The translations under genes and the position numbers were made by a program. From Myxococcota bacterium (GTDB lineage Bacteria; Myxococcota_A; UBA9160; SZUA-336), in contig CBDFGR010000003.1 of NCBI GenBank assembly GCA_965247115.1, positions 64,001 through 128,000 of the forward strand: a DNA stretch of 64,000 bases, written 5' to 3'. The notes beneath the pieces were generated by a model, which worked only from the letters and a program-made list of their open reading frames with translations, made no database searches and was not told the DNA's origin. Positions within the stretch are counted from its first letter, which is position 1, and each line of letters begins with the position of its first letter. This document shows positions 8,867-19,152 of this stretch, in pieces.

Positions 8867-9775
8867 TTGAATGTACTTTGGCCACTCGAGTTCCCGATCA
8901 TTGCCCGCGGGGGCAAACTCGTGCAGGACGCGCTGCCAGACATCTACCCGTCTCTCGCGACGCTGGTCCGCGTGGGCCTGGCTCTCTTGGGCCTGGCTGC
9001 CGCGATCCTGTGGGAGCGTGCCCGTCCGTTCCGCCGCGCGCAGCCTACCCGGCTGCGCCACGACGCCTCGAACCTTTCGCTCTGGCTGGCGAACGCGCTC
9101 TTCCTCCAGCTCGTGTTCGGTGCGGTGTCCGTCGGAACCGCACTGCTATCGCAGCGAAGTGGGCTCGGGCTGCTCCATCACACTACGTGGCCATTTCTCT
9201 GGAAGCTGGCGCTCACGCTCCTGGTACTCGACCTCACCACGTACTCGCTTCACAGGCTGTACCACCTGGTGCCGATCCTGTGGCGGCTTCACCTGGTCCA
9301 CCACAGCGACGCGGACCTGGACGCGACAACGGGAGTCCGCTTCCACACCCTGGAGATCGGTCTCTCCACCTGCGTGCGGCTGGGTGTGGTGTTCGCGCTC
9401 GGGGCGACGCCCCTCGGCGTGATCGTCTACGAGGCCTCGCTGTTGCTGGCGAGCCAGCTCCAGCATGCGAACGTGCGCTTGACGACGCGGATCGACCAGC
9501 TTCTCCGTTCGCTCGTCATCACACCAAACATGCACCGAATCCACCACTCGGTGCGCCGTTCCGAGCTGGATTCGAACTACGGAACCATCCTCAGCTGCTG
9601 GGATCGGATCTTCGGCAGCTACCGGAGCCACCCCAACGTCGAGGAGGTCCGCGTCGGTCTGCCCGGCTTCGCTCCGGAACTCTCTCTCCTCGGCCTGTTG
9701 GCCATGCCCTTCGTCGCACTCCCCTCGGAGCACAGCAGCGATCTCGCACGATCTGCTCGGTCCCGGGACGCGTAG
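8867..9775 (+). CDS. Sterol desaturase/fatty acid hydroxylase family protein (true start may be GTG 8921)
   Basis: His boxes HRLYH, HLVHH, QHAN and HRIHH, plus NYG; several TM segments. Confidence 0.9.
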   Translation: MNVLWPLEFPIIARGGKLVQDALPDIYPSLATLVRVGLALLGLAAAILWERARPFRRAQPTRLRHDASNLSLWLANALFLQLVFGAVSVGTALLSQRSGLGLLHHTTWPFLWKLALTLLVLDLTTYSLHRLYHLVPILWRLHLVHHSDADLDATTGVRFHTLEIGLSTCVRLGVVFALGATPLGVIVYEASLLLASQLQHANVRLTTRIDQLLRSLVITPNMHRIHHSVRRSELDSNYGTILSCWDRIFGSYRSHPNVEEVRVGLPGFAPELSLLGLLAMPFVALPSEHSSDLARSARSRDA

Positions 9776-9815
9776 CAAAGCTCGGACTTCGGATCCGATG
9801 CTGTGCCAGGTCTGG

Positions 9816-12110
9816 TTACGGGCTCGACGGCCCAGCAAGCCGTCCCCCCCGGCGGCGAACGCTCTCCGCAGCAACGAGCAGGGCCGGCAGCACCACGAGG
9901 TCTGCCAGTAGGGCACCGAGAATTCCGATCCCCGAGACCACACCAAAGCTCGCGATGCTCTTCCAGGGAGAGAGTGCGAGCGCGAAGAAGCCCACGCTGA
10001 GGGCGAGGGACGTCGTGCACAGCGCTCTGCCGCGCGAGCGCACCGCCGCCTCGATTGCCACAGCGGCCGAGCCCGCTGCCCTGCGCCGCACATGAAATGG
10101 CACGACCACGTGCAGGGCATCGTCCACTGCAAGTCCCAGCAGCACCGCGGCGACCATCGCTGTGCCGACATCGAGGCGTATGCCGAGCGCACCCATCGCT
10201 CCCAGCGTGAGCACGACGGGCAGGAGCGTGGGCACGAGCACGAGAGCCGCGCCGAGGAGCGAGCGGAGGTACGCGGCAACCAGCGCGAGCACAATCGAAA
10301 AGGCGAGCGCAAAGCTCTGCAGCTGAGCGCGGCTGATCGCGTCGACCAGCTGCTGAACGACGGCCAGCGGTCCCGTCACGACAGCGCTCCAGCCCGACGG
10401 CAGCCGGGCTGCGAGGAGCGCGTGGACCTCACGAAGTGAGGCGTTGAGGCGCTCCTGCGGGAGCTTCTCCGCCTGGGTACTGAGGCGCAGCGCGCTCGTA
10501 CGAGAGTCGACAAGGAGCGCGACTCCTCCGGGATCCTCGGCCCGAAGCAGGCGCAGAAGGGACTGTGCCTCGCTTGTTTCCGTGTCGAGCTCGCCCGCGC
10601 GCACCAAACGGTGCAGCGCTCGCAGCGGAGCGAGCACGGAGAGCGTGGGACCCAGCCCATCGATGCGCTGCAGGCCACTCTCCAGGTCGGCGAGTGTGCG
10701 GAGGGCGACTCGAGAGCCTGCCTCGGTCTGCGCCGGCGGCCGCAGCTCGATCTCGAGAGTCTCGGGCTGGCGCAGCGCCAGCGCGACCTCGCGTGTCCAG
10801 CGCACCACCTGACTGTCCTCGCCGTACAAATCCTCGAAGCTTGCCTCGACTACGAGCTGGGCCACGCCCCAGAGGGAGGCGACACAGACGAGAGCGGTTG
10901 CTCCGAGCACGGCCCGACGTCGCGTGCCCGACCAGGCGACGAGCCGTGCGAGCACGCGCTCCCAGCCCAGGCTCGACCGCAACTCGCGCGGCGCACCCCC
11001 GCGCCGAGCTTTCAGCACGATCGGCAGGAGCGTGAAGCTCAGGAGCAGCGCCACGAGAACCCCGAAGGCCGCGCTGAGTCCGAAGCGCGCGAGGCTCTCG
11101 AGCTCCGTTCCGGCAAAGGAGGCAAAGCCCGCCGCAGTCGTGAGTGTGGTCAGCGCGCAGGTGGGCCCGACTTCTCTGCAGGCGGCAAGGATGCGTTCGT
11201 CGCCTCGATCGGTGACCTGCTCGGCGGAGAGGCGTGCAAGCACGTGGATCGCGTCGCAGACGCCGATCACCAGGATCAGCGGTGCCAGCGCAGACGTGAA
11301 GCTGTTCAGAGGCCAGCGAAGCCACCCCAGCAGTCCGAAGGTCCAGAGCGCCGCAATTCCGACCACAGCCAGGCTGATTGCCGCGGGATGCCAGCTGCGA
11401 AAGAGCGCGAGCAGCATGGCGGCCACGAGCGCCAGCATCAGCGGGATGATCCGAACCGTGTGGCGCTGCAGCTCGTCTCCGGCAACGACGAACTCGACCG
11501 GCGCGCCCACCAGCGCAAACTCGAAGCCTGCGACGCGTGCCTCGTCCAGGACACGCGACAGGGCGTCGAAGACGCGCCGGCTCGTCTTGCCGTCGCTGGA
11601 TTCCAGCGTGACGAGGACTGCCCCGGAGCGACCATCGGCGGACACGATCTGGTGCACCCAGGTCGCGTCCGTGAGTGCTCGGGCTGCGAGGGCGTCGATG
11701 TCCTCGGCGGGCGTCCCCTCTGGAGCCAGCTGGCGGGCACGCGGCAGTCCAAAACGAGAGGAGGCAAGCAGGCCAGTCGTGGCCGGACTGTCGACGCGCC
11801 GCACGCCGGGCACGGATACGAGCGCGCTCGTCACTCCATGAGCCATGCGAAGCGAGGCCTCGTCGAACACGCTCTCGCAGGCGCTCGACTCTCCGCACGT
11901 CCAGACGGCAGCTATCGGCAGGCCCGCGCCGAAGCGCGCCACGAAGGCGTCCAGCTCGACAATCGCAGGATGTCGCTCCCCGAGGAACGCGCGGTACCCG
12001 ACCTCGGTGTTTAGCCGCGGCAGGCCGGCACCGAGCAACAGGGTCACACCTGCGAGCAGGAAGAGAACCCAGCGCGGATGCGCGAGCGAGAAGCGCGCTA
12101 GCGCCGTCAT
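9816..12110 (-). CDS. MMPL/RND-superfamily transporter
   Basis: Two repeats of periplasmic domain plus TM bundle; GVCDAIH and GLAVDDALH motifs. Confidence 0.88.
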   Translation of the reverse strand: MTALARFSLAHPRWVLFLLAGVTLLLGAGLPRLNTEVGYRAFLGERHPAIVELDAFVARFGAGLPIAAVWTCGESSACESVFDEASLRMAHGVTSALVSVPGVRRVDSPATTGLLASSRFGLPRARQLAPEGTPAEDIDALAARALTDATWVHQIVSADGRSGAVLVTLESSDGKTSRRVFDALSRVLDEARVAGFEFALVGAPVEFVVAGDELQRHTVRIIPLMLALVAAMLLALFRSWHPAAISLAVVGIAALWTFGLLGWLRWPLNSFTSALAPLILVIGVCDAIHVLARLSAEQVTDRGDERILAACREVGPTCALTTLTTAAGFASFAGTELESLARFGLSAAFGVLVALLLSFTLLPIVLKARRGGAPRELRSSLGWERVLARLVAWSGTRRRAVLGATALVCVASLWGVAQLVVEASFEDLYGEDSQVVRWTREVALALRQPETLEIELRPPAQTEAGSRVALRTLADLESGLQRIDGLGPTLSVLAPLRALHRLVRAGELDTETSEAQSLLRLLRAEDPGGVALLVDSRTSALRLSTQAEKLPQERLNASLREVHALLAARLPSGWSAVVTGPLAVVQQLVDAISRAQLQSFALAFSIVLALVAAYLRSLLGAALVLVPTLLPVVLTLGAMGALGIRLDVGTAMVAAVLLGLAVDDALHVVVPFHVRRRAAGSAAVAIEAAVRSRGRALCTTSLALSVGFFALALSPWKSIASFGVVSGIGILGALLADLVVLPALLVAAESVRRRGGRLAGPSSP

Positions 12111-12151
12111 GCGGCCAGTGTAGTGGCCTCTCAGCGGCACAGCGTGAGAGA

Positions 12152-13012
12152 ATGGCTGGCATGGTGCCGCAACGCAGCTCCGTCGAGGCGACCCTCGTGG
12201 CCTTCATGGATGACCCGGATTCAGCGCATCCGGAGAACCCCATCCACTCCACGGGCGGAGCCCTGGACTTCGGCTACGCCGCCGCCCTAGTCGGTGGCGT
12301 AGCCGTGTACGGCTGGGCAACGCCACTGATCCTCGACGCGCTCGGAGAAACCTGGCTCTCCGACGGCTGGGCAGAGGTCTCGTTCCGTCGACCGACGTAC
12401 CCCGGGGACCCCCTCACGATCCGCGTCTCCGAGCAGGACCAGGGTGTCTTCGCTTTACAGATGGAGAAGGCCGCTGGAGAGACGACGGTTGCCGGCCGCG
12501 TGGGACTCGGCCGGGCGCCGTGGATCGACGCCTTCGAGCTCCCGCTCCGCCGCGAACCCGAGCCGCGCCCCGAGCGCTTGCCGCGTCTCACCATGGCTTC
12601 CGCACCCGTCGGTCAGGACCTGCGGCCCTTGGCCTGGCCGATCACTGCGGAGGACGCTGCGAGGTGGTCCGTCGAACAGGAGAGGGACGACAGCCCTCTC
12701 TTCACGCGCGGCGAACGCCCCCGCCTGCATCCCGGCTGGATTGCGGGCGTGATGAGCCCGTTCGCCCATCACTCGTACGACTACGGACCGTCCATTCACA
12801 CGCGCAGCCACATCCAGCACCTGGCGCGCGCGGAGGCCGAGCAGACCGTCGTGGTCGCCGGGCGCATGCTCCGCACGTACGCCAGGAAGGGTCACCACTA
12901 CTACGAGACGGACGGCGTGATTCTGGATGAGACGGGAGCGGAGCTGGCCTACATCCGCCACACGAGCATCTTCGAGCTCGCGAGACGTCCCCGCACTGAC
13001 GGGAGCGCGTAG
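12152..13012 (+). CDS. Double-hotdog / MaoC-like protein
   Basis: ENPIHS..GA..FGY..ALVGGV hydratase-like motif; second hotdog half with HPGW...IHTRSHIQH. Confidence 0.7.
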   Translation: MAGMVPQRSSVEATLVAFMDDPDSAHPENPIHSTGGALDFGYAAALVGGVAVYGWATPLILDALGETWLSDGWAEVSFRRPTYPGDPLTIRVSEQDQGVFALQMEKAAGETTVAGRVGLGRAPWIDAFELPLRREPEPRPERLPRLTMASAPVGQDLRPLAWPITAEDAARWSVEQERDDSPLFTRGERPRLHPGWIAGVMSPFAHHSYDYGPSIHTRSHIQHLARAEAEQTVVVAGRMLRTYARKGHHYYETDGVILDETGAELAYIRHTSIFELARRPRTDGSA

Positions 13013-13016
13013 GTCT

Positions 13017-13793
13017 CTACCACTTCTTGCGGATTGGGATCTTCGCGGCGATGAGCTCGTCTTTGAGCTGGCGGATCGTGTACTCGCCGGTGTGGATCAT
13101 GCTGGCGATGATTGCTGCGTTGGCGTCCGCGCGCGTGAAGACGTCGATCAAGTGCTGGACGGTGCCGGCTCCACCACTGGCCACCACCGGGATGCTAACG
13201 CCGTGCGCGATCATCCTCGTCAGCGCGAGCTCGAAGCCGCTGCGCGTTCCATCCGCGTCGACCGAGTTCACGACGATCTCTCCCACTCCCACATCCATAG
13301 CTCGCCGCGCCCAGTCGAGCGCGTCGAGTCCGGTGCGGTTGCGAAAGCCCCGCGTGGTGATCTCGTACCCGCTCGGAAAGCGAGAGTCTTTGGTCCGGAC
13401 GGGGTCCATTCCGAGCACGATGCACTGACTCCCGAACTGGCGGGCCCCCTCCCGCATGAGCTCCGGGTCCTCGACGGCCAGCGAGTTGACCGAGACCTTC
13501 TCCGCCCCAGCGTTCAGCACCGCGTACATGTCGGCAAGGCTCGCGATGCCACCGCCGACCGCAAAGGGGATCCGGATCACCCGACCGACCTCCCGCACCA
13601 TCTCAATATCGATCGGGCGGCCTTCCGCGCTCGCGGTGATGTCGTAAAAGACGAGCTCGTCGCAGCCCCCGTCCGAGTAGGCCACCGCCATCTCGATCGG
13701 ATCGCCGAGCTCCACGTTGTTCTGGAACTTGACGCCCTTGGTCACACGCCGGTTCCGCACGTCGAGACACGGAATCAACCGCCTGGTCAGCAT
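13017..13793 (-). CDS. hisF: Imidazole glycerol phosphate synthase, cyclase subunit
   Basis: RLIPCLDV, DELVFYDITAS, VGGGI, GEIVVNSVDADGT, ASGGAG. Confidence 0.96.
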   Translation of the reverse strand: MLTRRLIPCLDVRNRRVTKGVKFQNNVELGDPIEMAVAYSDGGCDELVFYDITASAEGRPIDIEMVREVGRVIRIPFAVGGGIASLADMYAVLNAGAEKVSVNSLAVEDPELMREGARQFGSQCIVLGMDPVRTKDSRFPSGYEITTRGFRNRTGLDALDWARRAMDVGVGEIVVNSVDADGTRSGFELALTRMIAHGVSIPVVASGGAGTVQHLIDVFTRADANAAIIASMIHTGEYTIRQLKDELIAAKIPIRKKW

Positions 13794-14416
13794 CCGCTGC
13801 TACCGTCCCAGCGGATGAAGTTCTCGTAGAGCCGCAGGCCGATCCGCCCGCTTCGCTCGGGATGGAACTGCGTGGCAAACACGTTGTCGCGACTCACGAC
13901 CGAGGCGAAATCGACGCCGGCATAGTCCGTTCTTCCCAGGATCTCGCTCTCGACGCGTGCTGCGCAGTAGTAGCTGTGGACGAAGTAGAACTCGCTATCG
14001 TCGTCGATCCCCGCGAAGAGCGGGTGGGGCCCAAGCTGGCGAACCGCGTTCCACCCCATGTGGGGGATCTTGTCCAGGGGGTCCTGTGGGGTGAAGCGGC
14101 ACACCCCGCCGGCAATCACTCCAAGGCAGTCCGTCCCGTCGTCTTCCTCGGAGTGGTCGAACAGGAGCTGCATTCCGAAGCACACGCCGAGGAAGGGCTT
14201 GCCTTCCTCGATGACCTCGCGCAGCACGGGCACAAGCGCCGCGTCGGTCAGGGCTTGCATGCCTGCCCCGGCGGCGCCCACTCCCGGGAAGACGACGCGC
14301 TGCGCCGCTCGGACCCTTCGCGGGTCCGCCGTGATCTCCGACTCCGCACCCAGCGCGTCGAGCGCGAGCTTTACGCTGGTCAGGTTGCCAGCTTTGTAGT
14401 CGACGATGGCAATCAC
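13787..14416 (-). CDS. hisH: Imidazole glycerol phosphate synthase, glutamine amidotransferase subunit
   Basis: DYKAGNLTSV, FPGVG, GVCFGMQ, PHMGWN, YFVHSY, QFHPE. Confidence 0.96.
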   Translation of the reverse strand: MIAIVDYKAGNLTSVKLALDALGAESEITADPRRVRAAQRVVFPGVGAAGAGMQALTDAALVPVLREVIEEGKPFLGVCFGMQLLFDHSEEDDGTDCLGVIAGGVCRFTPQDPLDKIPHMGWNAVRQLGPHPLFAGIDDDSEFYFVHSYYCAARVESEILGRTDYAGVDFASVVSRDNVFATQFHPERSGRIGLRLYENFIRWDGSSGC

Positions 14417-14500
14417 GGCGTTTCTCCTGGCCCGAGACCGCGCACTCTAGCGAACCCGGCAGTGGAGGGCGCACGGCGTCTTCGCGAACACCCGCCGAAC

Positions 14501-15823
14501 TCAGGCTGCGATCGGCTTGTCCTTGGCCTTGAGGTCCACCCGGAGGGTGCGGGCCGCCATGAAGTAGTGGAAGACGGCCCAGGAATTGCCGACGATCACG
14601 ACGCTGAGCAGCGCGTAGCGGATGGCCTCCACGCCGAGCGAGGGCTCGAGAGTGTCGCTCAACATGCCGACGAAGAGAGGCCCGAGGCCGAGGCCGATGA
14701 TGTTGATGATGAAGAGCAGGATGGCCGAGGCCAGGGCCCGCATCCGCAAGCGGACCATTCCCTGCGTCATCGAGAAGGTGGGGCCGAGCCACATCGGACC
14801 GAGAATCGAGCCGGGGATGGAGAAGAAGAGTGCCCAGTAGGGTGTGGGCCAGAGGTAGAAGAGGAACCCGAAGGGAACGCTGAACAAGGTGGCCAGGCCC
14901 GGCACCCACATGTACCAGCGCGCATCCTGTGCACCGAAGCGGTCCCCCAGCGCCCCGCCCAGGTAGGTACCGAGCACGCCGCAGGTGAGGCCCAGCAGAG
15001 CCAGCCACGTGCCGATCTCGCCCAGCCCGAAGCTGTGGATGCGCATGAAGAACGGGGCCAGGAATAGCCCCGCGCCGTAACCCACGAAAGCGTGCAGCGC
15101 CGCTGCCAACGACATGTGCCGGAACGATGGTAGCTTGAGCATGAAGCGGATCACGCTCCCGACGGACTCCGTCTCCGCTTCTACCACGATGCCTTCGGAG
15201 AGACCGCGTTCCGGCTCGCGCAGCGTCAGTCGCACAAAAATCGCGAGCAGGATCCCTGGCGCGCCCACGACAACAAACGCAGTGCGCCACCCGAAGAACT
15301 CCCCGATCCAGCCACCAAAGAGGTTTCCGAGCGCCGCCCCGATGGGGATCCCGAGCGCGTAGATCGACAGAGCGGTCGCGCGGCGTTCCGGAGGGAAGAT
15401 GTCGGAGATGAAGGAGTGGGAAGGAGGAGAGCCCGCGGCCTCTCCGATCCCGACGCCAATGCGGGCCAGCACGAGCGTCGTGAAGCTGCGTGCCATCCCG
15501 GTCATGACGGTCATCAAGCTCCACGCGAAGAGCCCGACCGCGATGATCGTACGGCGCGATCGCGTATCCGCCAGGCGCGCAATAGGAACCCCAGCGAACG
15601 TGTAGAAGATGGCGAACGCGATCCCACCGAGGAAGCCGAGCTGCGTATCCGACAGCTCGATGTCCTTCTTGATGGGCTCTATGAGGATCGAGAGGATTTG
15701 GCGGTCAATGAAGTTGAAGATGTATACGGTGAGCAGCAGGCCAAGCGCGTAGCGACGATACCCGGAGGAGATGCCTTGCCCTGGAGCGCTCGCAGGCTCC
15801 GCCGGTGACACGTTCGTCGCCAC
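14501..15823 (-). CDS. MFS transporter (spinster-like)
   Basis: NFIDRQIL, ARLAD..SRR, ARIGVGIGEA; about 12 TM segments. Confidence 0.92.
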   Translation of the reverse strand: MATNVSPAEPASAPGQGISSGYRRYALGLLLTVYIFNFIDRQILSILIEPIKKDIELSDTQLGFLGGIAFAIFYTFAGVPIARLADTRSRRTIIAVGLFAWSLMTVMTGMARSFTTLVLARIGVGIGEAAGSPPSHSFISDIFPPERRATALSIYALGIPIGAALGNLFGGWIGEFFGWRTAFVVVGAPGILLAIFVRLTLREPERGLSEGIVVEAETESVGSVIRFMLKLPSFRHMSLAAALHAFVGYGAGLFLAPFFMRIHSFGLGEIGTWLALLGLTCGVLGTYLGGALGDRFGAQDARWYMWVPGLATLFSVPFGFLFYLWPTPYWALFFSIPGSILGPMWLGPTFSMTQGMVRLRMRALASAILLFIINIIGLGLGPLFVGMLSDTLEPSLGVEAIRYALLSVVIVGNSWAVFHYFMAARTLRVDLKAKDKPIAA

Positions 15824-15903
15824 GCCCTCTCCCTCGTCTCGGTTCGCGACAACCCGGGAGTCTATAGGAATGGCATGCGGGGCAGGGGCCAGGACTCCGG
15901 CAC

Positions 15904-18495
15904 TCAGGGTATGGAGTGACCGCCCACCCAGATTGGGCTCGACCAGGCGATTCCCCCGTCGAGCTGCGTCACGCGGACGTAGTAGCTGTCGCCCTGCCCC
16001 ACCGGATCGGTATCGAGGAACTCGAACTCCCGGTCCAATGTTGCGTCCGGGTCGATGCGGCGCAGCGTCACGCGGTCCTGGAAGCGGTCGACCGGGGCAA
16101 GCGTGGTCGTCCTGCCCTCCACCAGGTCGGCGAGACGCAGCTCGAACTTCTGTGCCGGGATCCGCGCCGGCTGCCGGTAGAGCGACGGGCTCGAGGGCGT
16201 CTCCAGGCTCGGCTCGAGCTCGACCTCGATCGTGATGCCTGGGACGGCATCCAGCAGCTCGAGCACGATCGTGCTGGCCGAGCCTCTGGTGAAGGTGCGG
16301 AAGTTCACGCGATTCGGATGCGATGGATCGACGGAGACGAACTGCGCCCGCCGGTTTCGAAACGAGGGTGCGGAAGCCGCGACGAGCGGGGTTCCTCGCA
16401 CGTTCAGCGTGCCCTCCCAGATCCGCCAGCCTCGCGGGTTGTCGCGGATCCCGGGATCCGCCTGCGACCAGAAGCTCACCGCGACGAATCGCGTGTCGCC
16501 CAGAGCGAGCGTCAGGAGGTCCTCGCGAAAGACTTCCTGCTGGTTCTTGATCACCGAGACCGTATCGATCGGGGCGGTACCACTGACCCGCCCGCGGAGC
16601 ATGCGCTCCGCGGCGAACTGCGTACGGCTACCCATCTGCGCCTCGTTCAGCTCCACGTCGAGCAGGATGCGTTGCCCGGTCGTCGCGTACGTGTGCTTCT
16701 GCTTGAGCGCGTCGAAGATGGCATCCGAGGTTTTCTCGGTCGCGAGCACCGCGGCAAGGCCGCCAGGCTGGGCCAGACCCGAGGTCAGTGGTGTCGGGTA
16801 GCCCGGGTGACTCAGGTGATCATCGGAGGCCGCGATGAAGCCGACCTCGTGCCCGTGGGCCAGATACTCGCGTCCGAACCACTCGAAGCTGCCATGCATG
16901 GACATGATCTCGACCAGCGACACCAGCCCGGGGCTGGTCACACGCCAGTCCGCCGCCTGGTGTGCGTGAGGGATGACGAGCACGTCGTCGGGATCGTTCG
17001 CGATCTCCAGGCGCCTGTAGAGCTCCGAGGGCACCGAAGCCACCTGCACGGGAACCCTGGCTCGCCCCCGCGGCGTGCGGAACAACACGTTGTGGTGTCC
17101 ACCACTGCGAGCGTTGACGGTCCACTCGTAGCCGAGGAACGCGATGAACTCACCCTCCACCGTGTAGTGATCCACGTTCTCTCGCAGAGTCTCCCACTCG
17201 TGGTCGTCCAGCCACAGGTCGTGCTCGGAGTGCGCCAAAAAGTCGAGGCTGGCGTCGTCCCGTCCAAAACGGAAGTACGCGTCGGACGTGCCCTGCCCTT
17301 CGGCGAAGCCCGAGTGGCCGTGAGTGTCACCCCAGTAAACGCGCCGGGGCGGCTGCTCCTGCACCCAGACAGGGTTGCTGGTACCCACGATGTTGCCCGT
17401 GCGAGAGCGAAAGCCGAACCGGTACACACCCGGCTCGGTCAGTACCACGTCCGTCATCAACGAGATAGCGTCGTCGCCGGGCGGGAGCCCGACGAAAGGC
17501 TCGCCGTTCAGGCTCACCTGATAGGCGGGGAACCCGCTCGTGGCGCGGTTGTAGTGGATGTCCTCGCTTCGAACGGAGACGGTGAAGGGCTCACCGACCT
17601 GTACAACGGAAGGAGCGAAGCCGTGGACGCCGTACGTCTGGAGGCCCACGACGCGGTAGGGCTGGATGGGAAGCGTAAAGAAGTTGCCGTGTCCCTCGAG
17701 GTCGACGTAGAGCGGGAGTGGGAAACGCTCGTTGCTGTAGGTCTGTACGCGAAACCCGTTGGACCCACCGCTGGTATCGCCATAGGTCACGGTCACCGTG
17801 TCTCCGGTTTCCAGAGCGGTCTCCTCGAGCTGGAAGATCAGGGCGGGAGCAGCGCTCCGAAAGCCGCCGTGCATGCCACGAAGCGGCAGGGTGTCGGGAA
17901 CAAAGCGCGCGTCCGTGTTCGAGGAGCGGATCGAGACGTAGTTGTCTCCGGTCGGGTCAGTCGTCTGGAACGGGCCCGCGTTCGTCATGAAGTGGCGACC
18001 AACGAGCACGCCGCCGCCGGGGAGCATGGGCATCCCCCCCACCGTGTACGTCTGCTCGATTGTCTGGTGGCTTCCAGCGGGGAATGGCTCGGTCACGTTC
18101 GTCGATAGCGTGCCGATGGCGTCCGGCCGCTCTTCCCGGATCTGAAGCTCGTGCACGAACATGTCGAGCCGGCGAAGCAGGTCCGGGGTCCTGGCGTCGT
18201 CTCCCAGGATCCTCGCCACCACCAGAGGCACATCCACGTTCATCTCTCGCCCAGTGAGCGAATAGGCGTTCAGCCACTCCCAGACCACGCGGGCCCGCTG
18301 CTCCGCAGTATCCGAAGAGGTCGGATCGCGGGCGACATCGGCCTTGAGCCGCTCCACCCTGCCGCGCAGCTCGGGGCTGAGGTAGTCGCCGGGGCGCATC
18401 GACTCGCCACAGCTCGCGCTGATGGCGAGAACGAGCGCGAGCGCGCCCACTCGCGCGAACGCTCCGCACCCACGTGTCTCCGGTCTGCGGTCCAT
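15904..18495 (-). CDS. Exported DUF3604/PHP-like metal-dependent hydrolase, possible lipoprotein
   Basis: YWGDTHGHS, SEHD, GYEWT, GHHNV, GFIAASDDH, YATTG and YYVRVTQ.DG..AWSSPIW motifs; GGAG RBS before ATG 18495; ISASC lipobox-like segment. Confidence 0.82.
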   Translation of the reverse strand: MDRRPETRGCGAFARVGALALVLAISASCGESMRPGDYLSPELRGRVERLKADVARDPTSSDTAEQRARVVWEWLNAYSLTGREMNVDVPLVVARILGDDARTPDLLRRLDMFVHELQIREERPDAIGTLSTNVTEPFPAGSHQTIEQTYTVGGMPMLPGGGVLVGRHFMTNAGPFQTTDPTGDNYVSIRSSNTDARFVPDTLPLRGMHGGFRSAAPALIFQLEETALETGDTVTVTYGDTSGGSNGFRVQTYSNERFPLPLYVDLEGHGNFFTLPIQPYRVVGLQTYGVHGFAPSVVQVGEPFTVSVRSEDIHYNRATSGFPAYQVSLNGEPFVGLPPGDDAISLMTDVVLTEPGVYRFGFRSRTGNIVGTSNPVWVQEQPPRRVYWGDTHGHSGFAEGQGTSDAYFRFGRDDASLDFLAHSEHDLWLDDHEWETLRENVDHYTVEGEFIAFLGYEWTVNARSGGHHNVLFRTPRGRARVPVQVASVPSELYRRLEIANDPDDVLVIPHAHQAADWRVTSPGLVSLVEIMSMHGSFEWFGREYLAHGHEVGFIAASDDHLSHPGYPTPLTSGLAQPGGLAAVLATEKTSDAIFDALKQKHTYATTGQRILLDVELNEAQMGSRTQFAAERMLRGRVSGTAPIDTVSVIKNQQEVFREDLLTLALGDTRFVAVSFWSQADPGIRDNPRGWRIWEGTLNVRGTPLVAASAPSFRNRRAQFVSVDPSHPNRVNFRTFTRGSASTIVLELLDAVPGITIEVELEPSLETPSSPSLYRQPARIPAQKFELRLADLVEGRTTTLAPVDRFQDRVTLRRIDPDATLDREFEFLDTDPVGQGDSYYVRVTQLDGGIAWSSPIWVGGHSIP

Positions 18496-18648
18496 GCTCC
18501 TCTCCCCCCAGAATGCCGCGATAGTGTGACACCGCTCTGCCCTTCTACAAGGTGGACCATCGCTGCAAAGTGCTTTTCTGCGCGCGCCGGCTCCTGTATG
18601 GTGCGTCGCAAGGCCACACAAGTGCCCAGGCTTCGACAGGAGACACGC

Positions 18649-19152
18649 ATGGACCCAAACGCGAAGAAGACCGCGCTGCGAATGATTCCCTACGGACTGT
18701 ACGTCCTCACGGCAGAGGCACCGGATGGCCGCGTCTGCGCATCGACCGTCAACTGGGTAACCCAGACCGCCTTCGAGCCCCCCCTCCTTGTCGTGGGCGT
18801 GAAGGCGGACTCCGCGGCGCACGAGATCATCAAGCAGTCGAACACGTTTGCGCTGAACGTGCTCGGCAAGGGACAGCAGGCCCTCGCCTTCGCGTTCTTC
18901 AAGAGCGTGGAGCGCGAGGGGAACACGATCGGCGGAGAGAGCTTCCGTGCCGGCACGACGGGTGCTCCCGTACTGGAGAACGCGGCCGCAAGCCTCGAGT
19001 GCTCACTCGTCGACACGCTGGAGAAGGGCGACCATTCGGTCTTTATCGGCGAGGTGCGGGACGCGAGCGTTCGCGAGGAGCCGGCGGGCCGGGCCGATGA
19101 TGTGACCCTCACGCTCAAGGACCTGGGCGAGAAGACCTTCTACGGCGGCTAG
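18649..19152 (+). CDS. Flavin reductase family protein
   Basis: LRMIPYGLYVLT, WVTQTAFEPP, GDHSVFIGEV; AGGAG RBS. Confidence 0.92.
   Translation: MDPNAKKTALRMIPYGLYVLTAEAPDGRVCASTVNWVTQTAFEPPLLVVGVKADSAAHEIIKQSNTFALNVLGKGQQALAFAFFKSVEREGNTIGGESFRAGTTGAPVLENAAASLECSLVDTLEKGDHSVFIGEVRDASVREEPAGRADDVTLTLKDLGEKTFYGG

Noticed and set aside
15916..18108. Long antisense/alternate-frame ORFs (also 55345-57759, 34677-36593, 10429-12252, 58604-60154)
   Set aside because: Shadows of real genes caused by high GC3; low-complexity translations without motifs.
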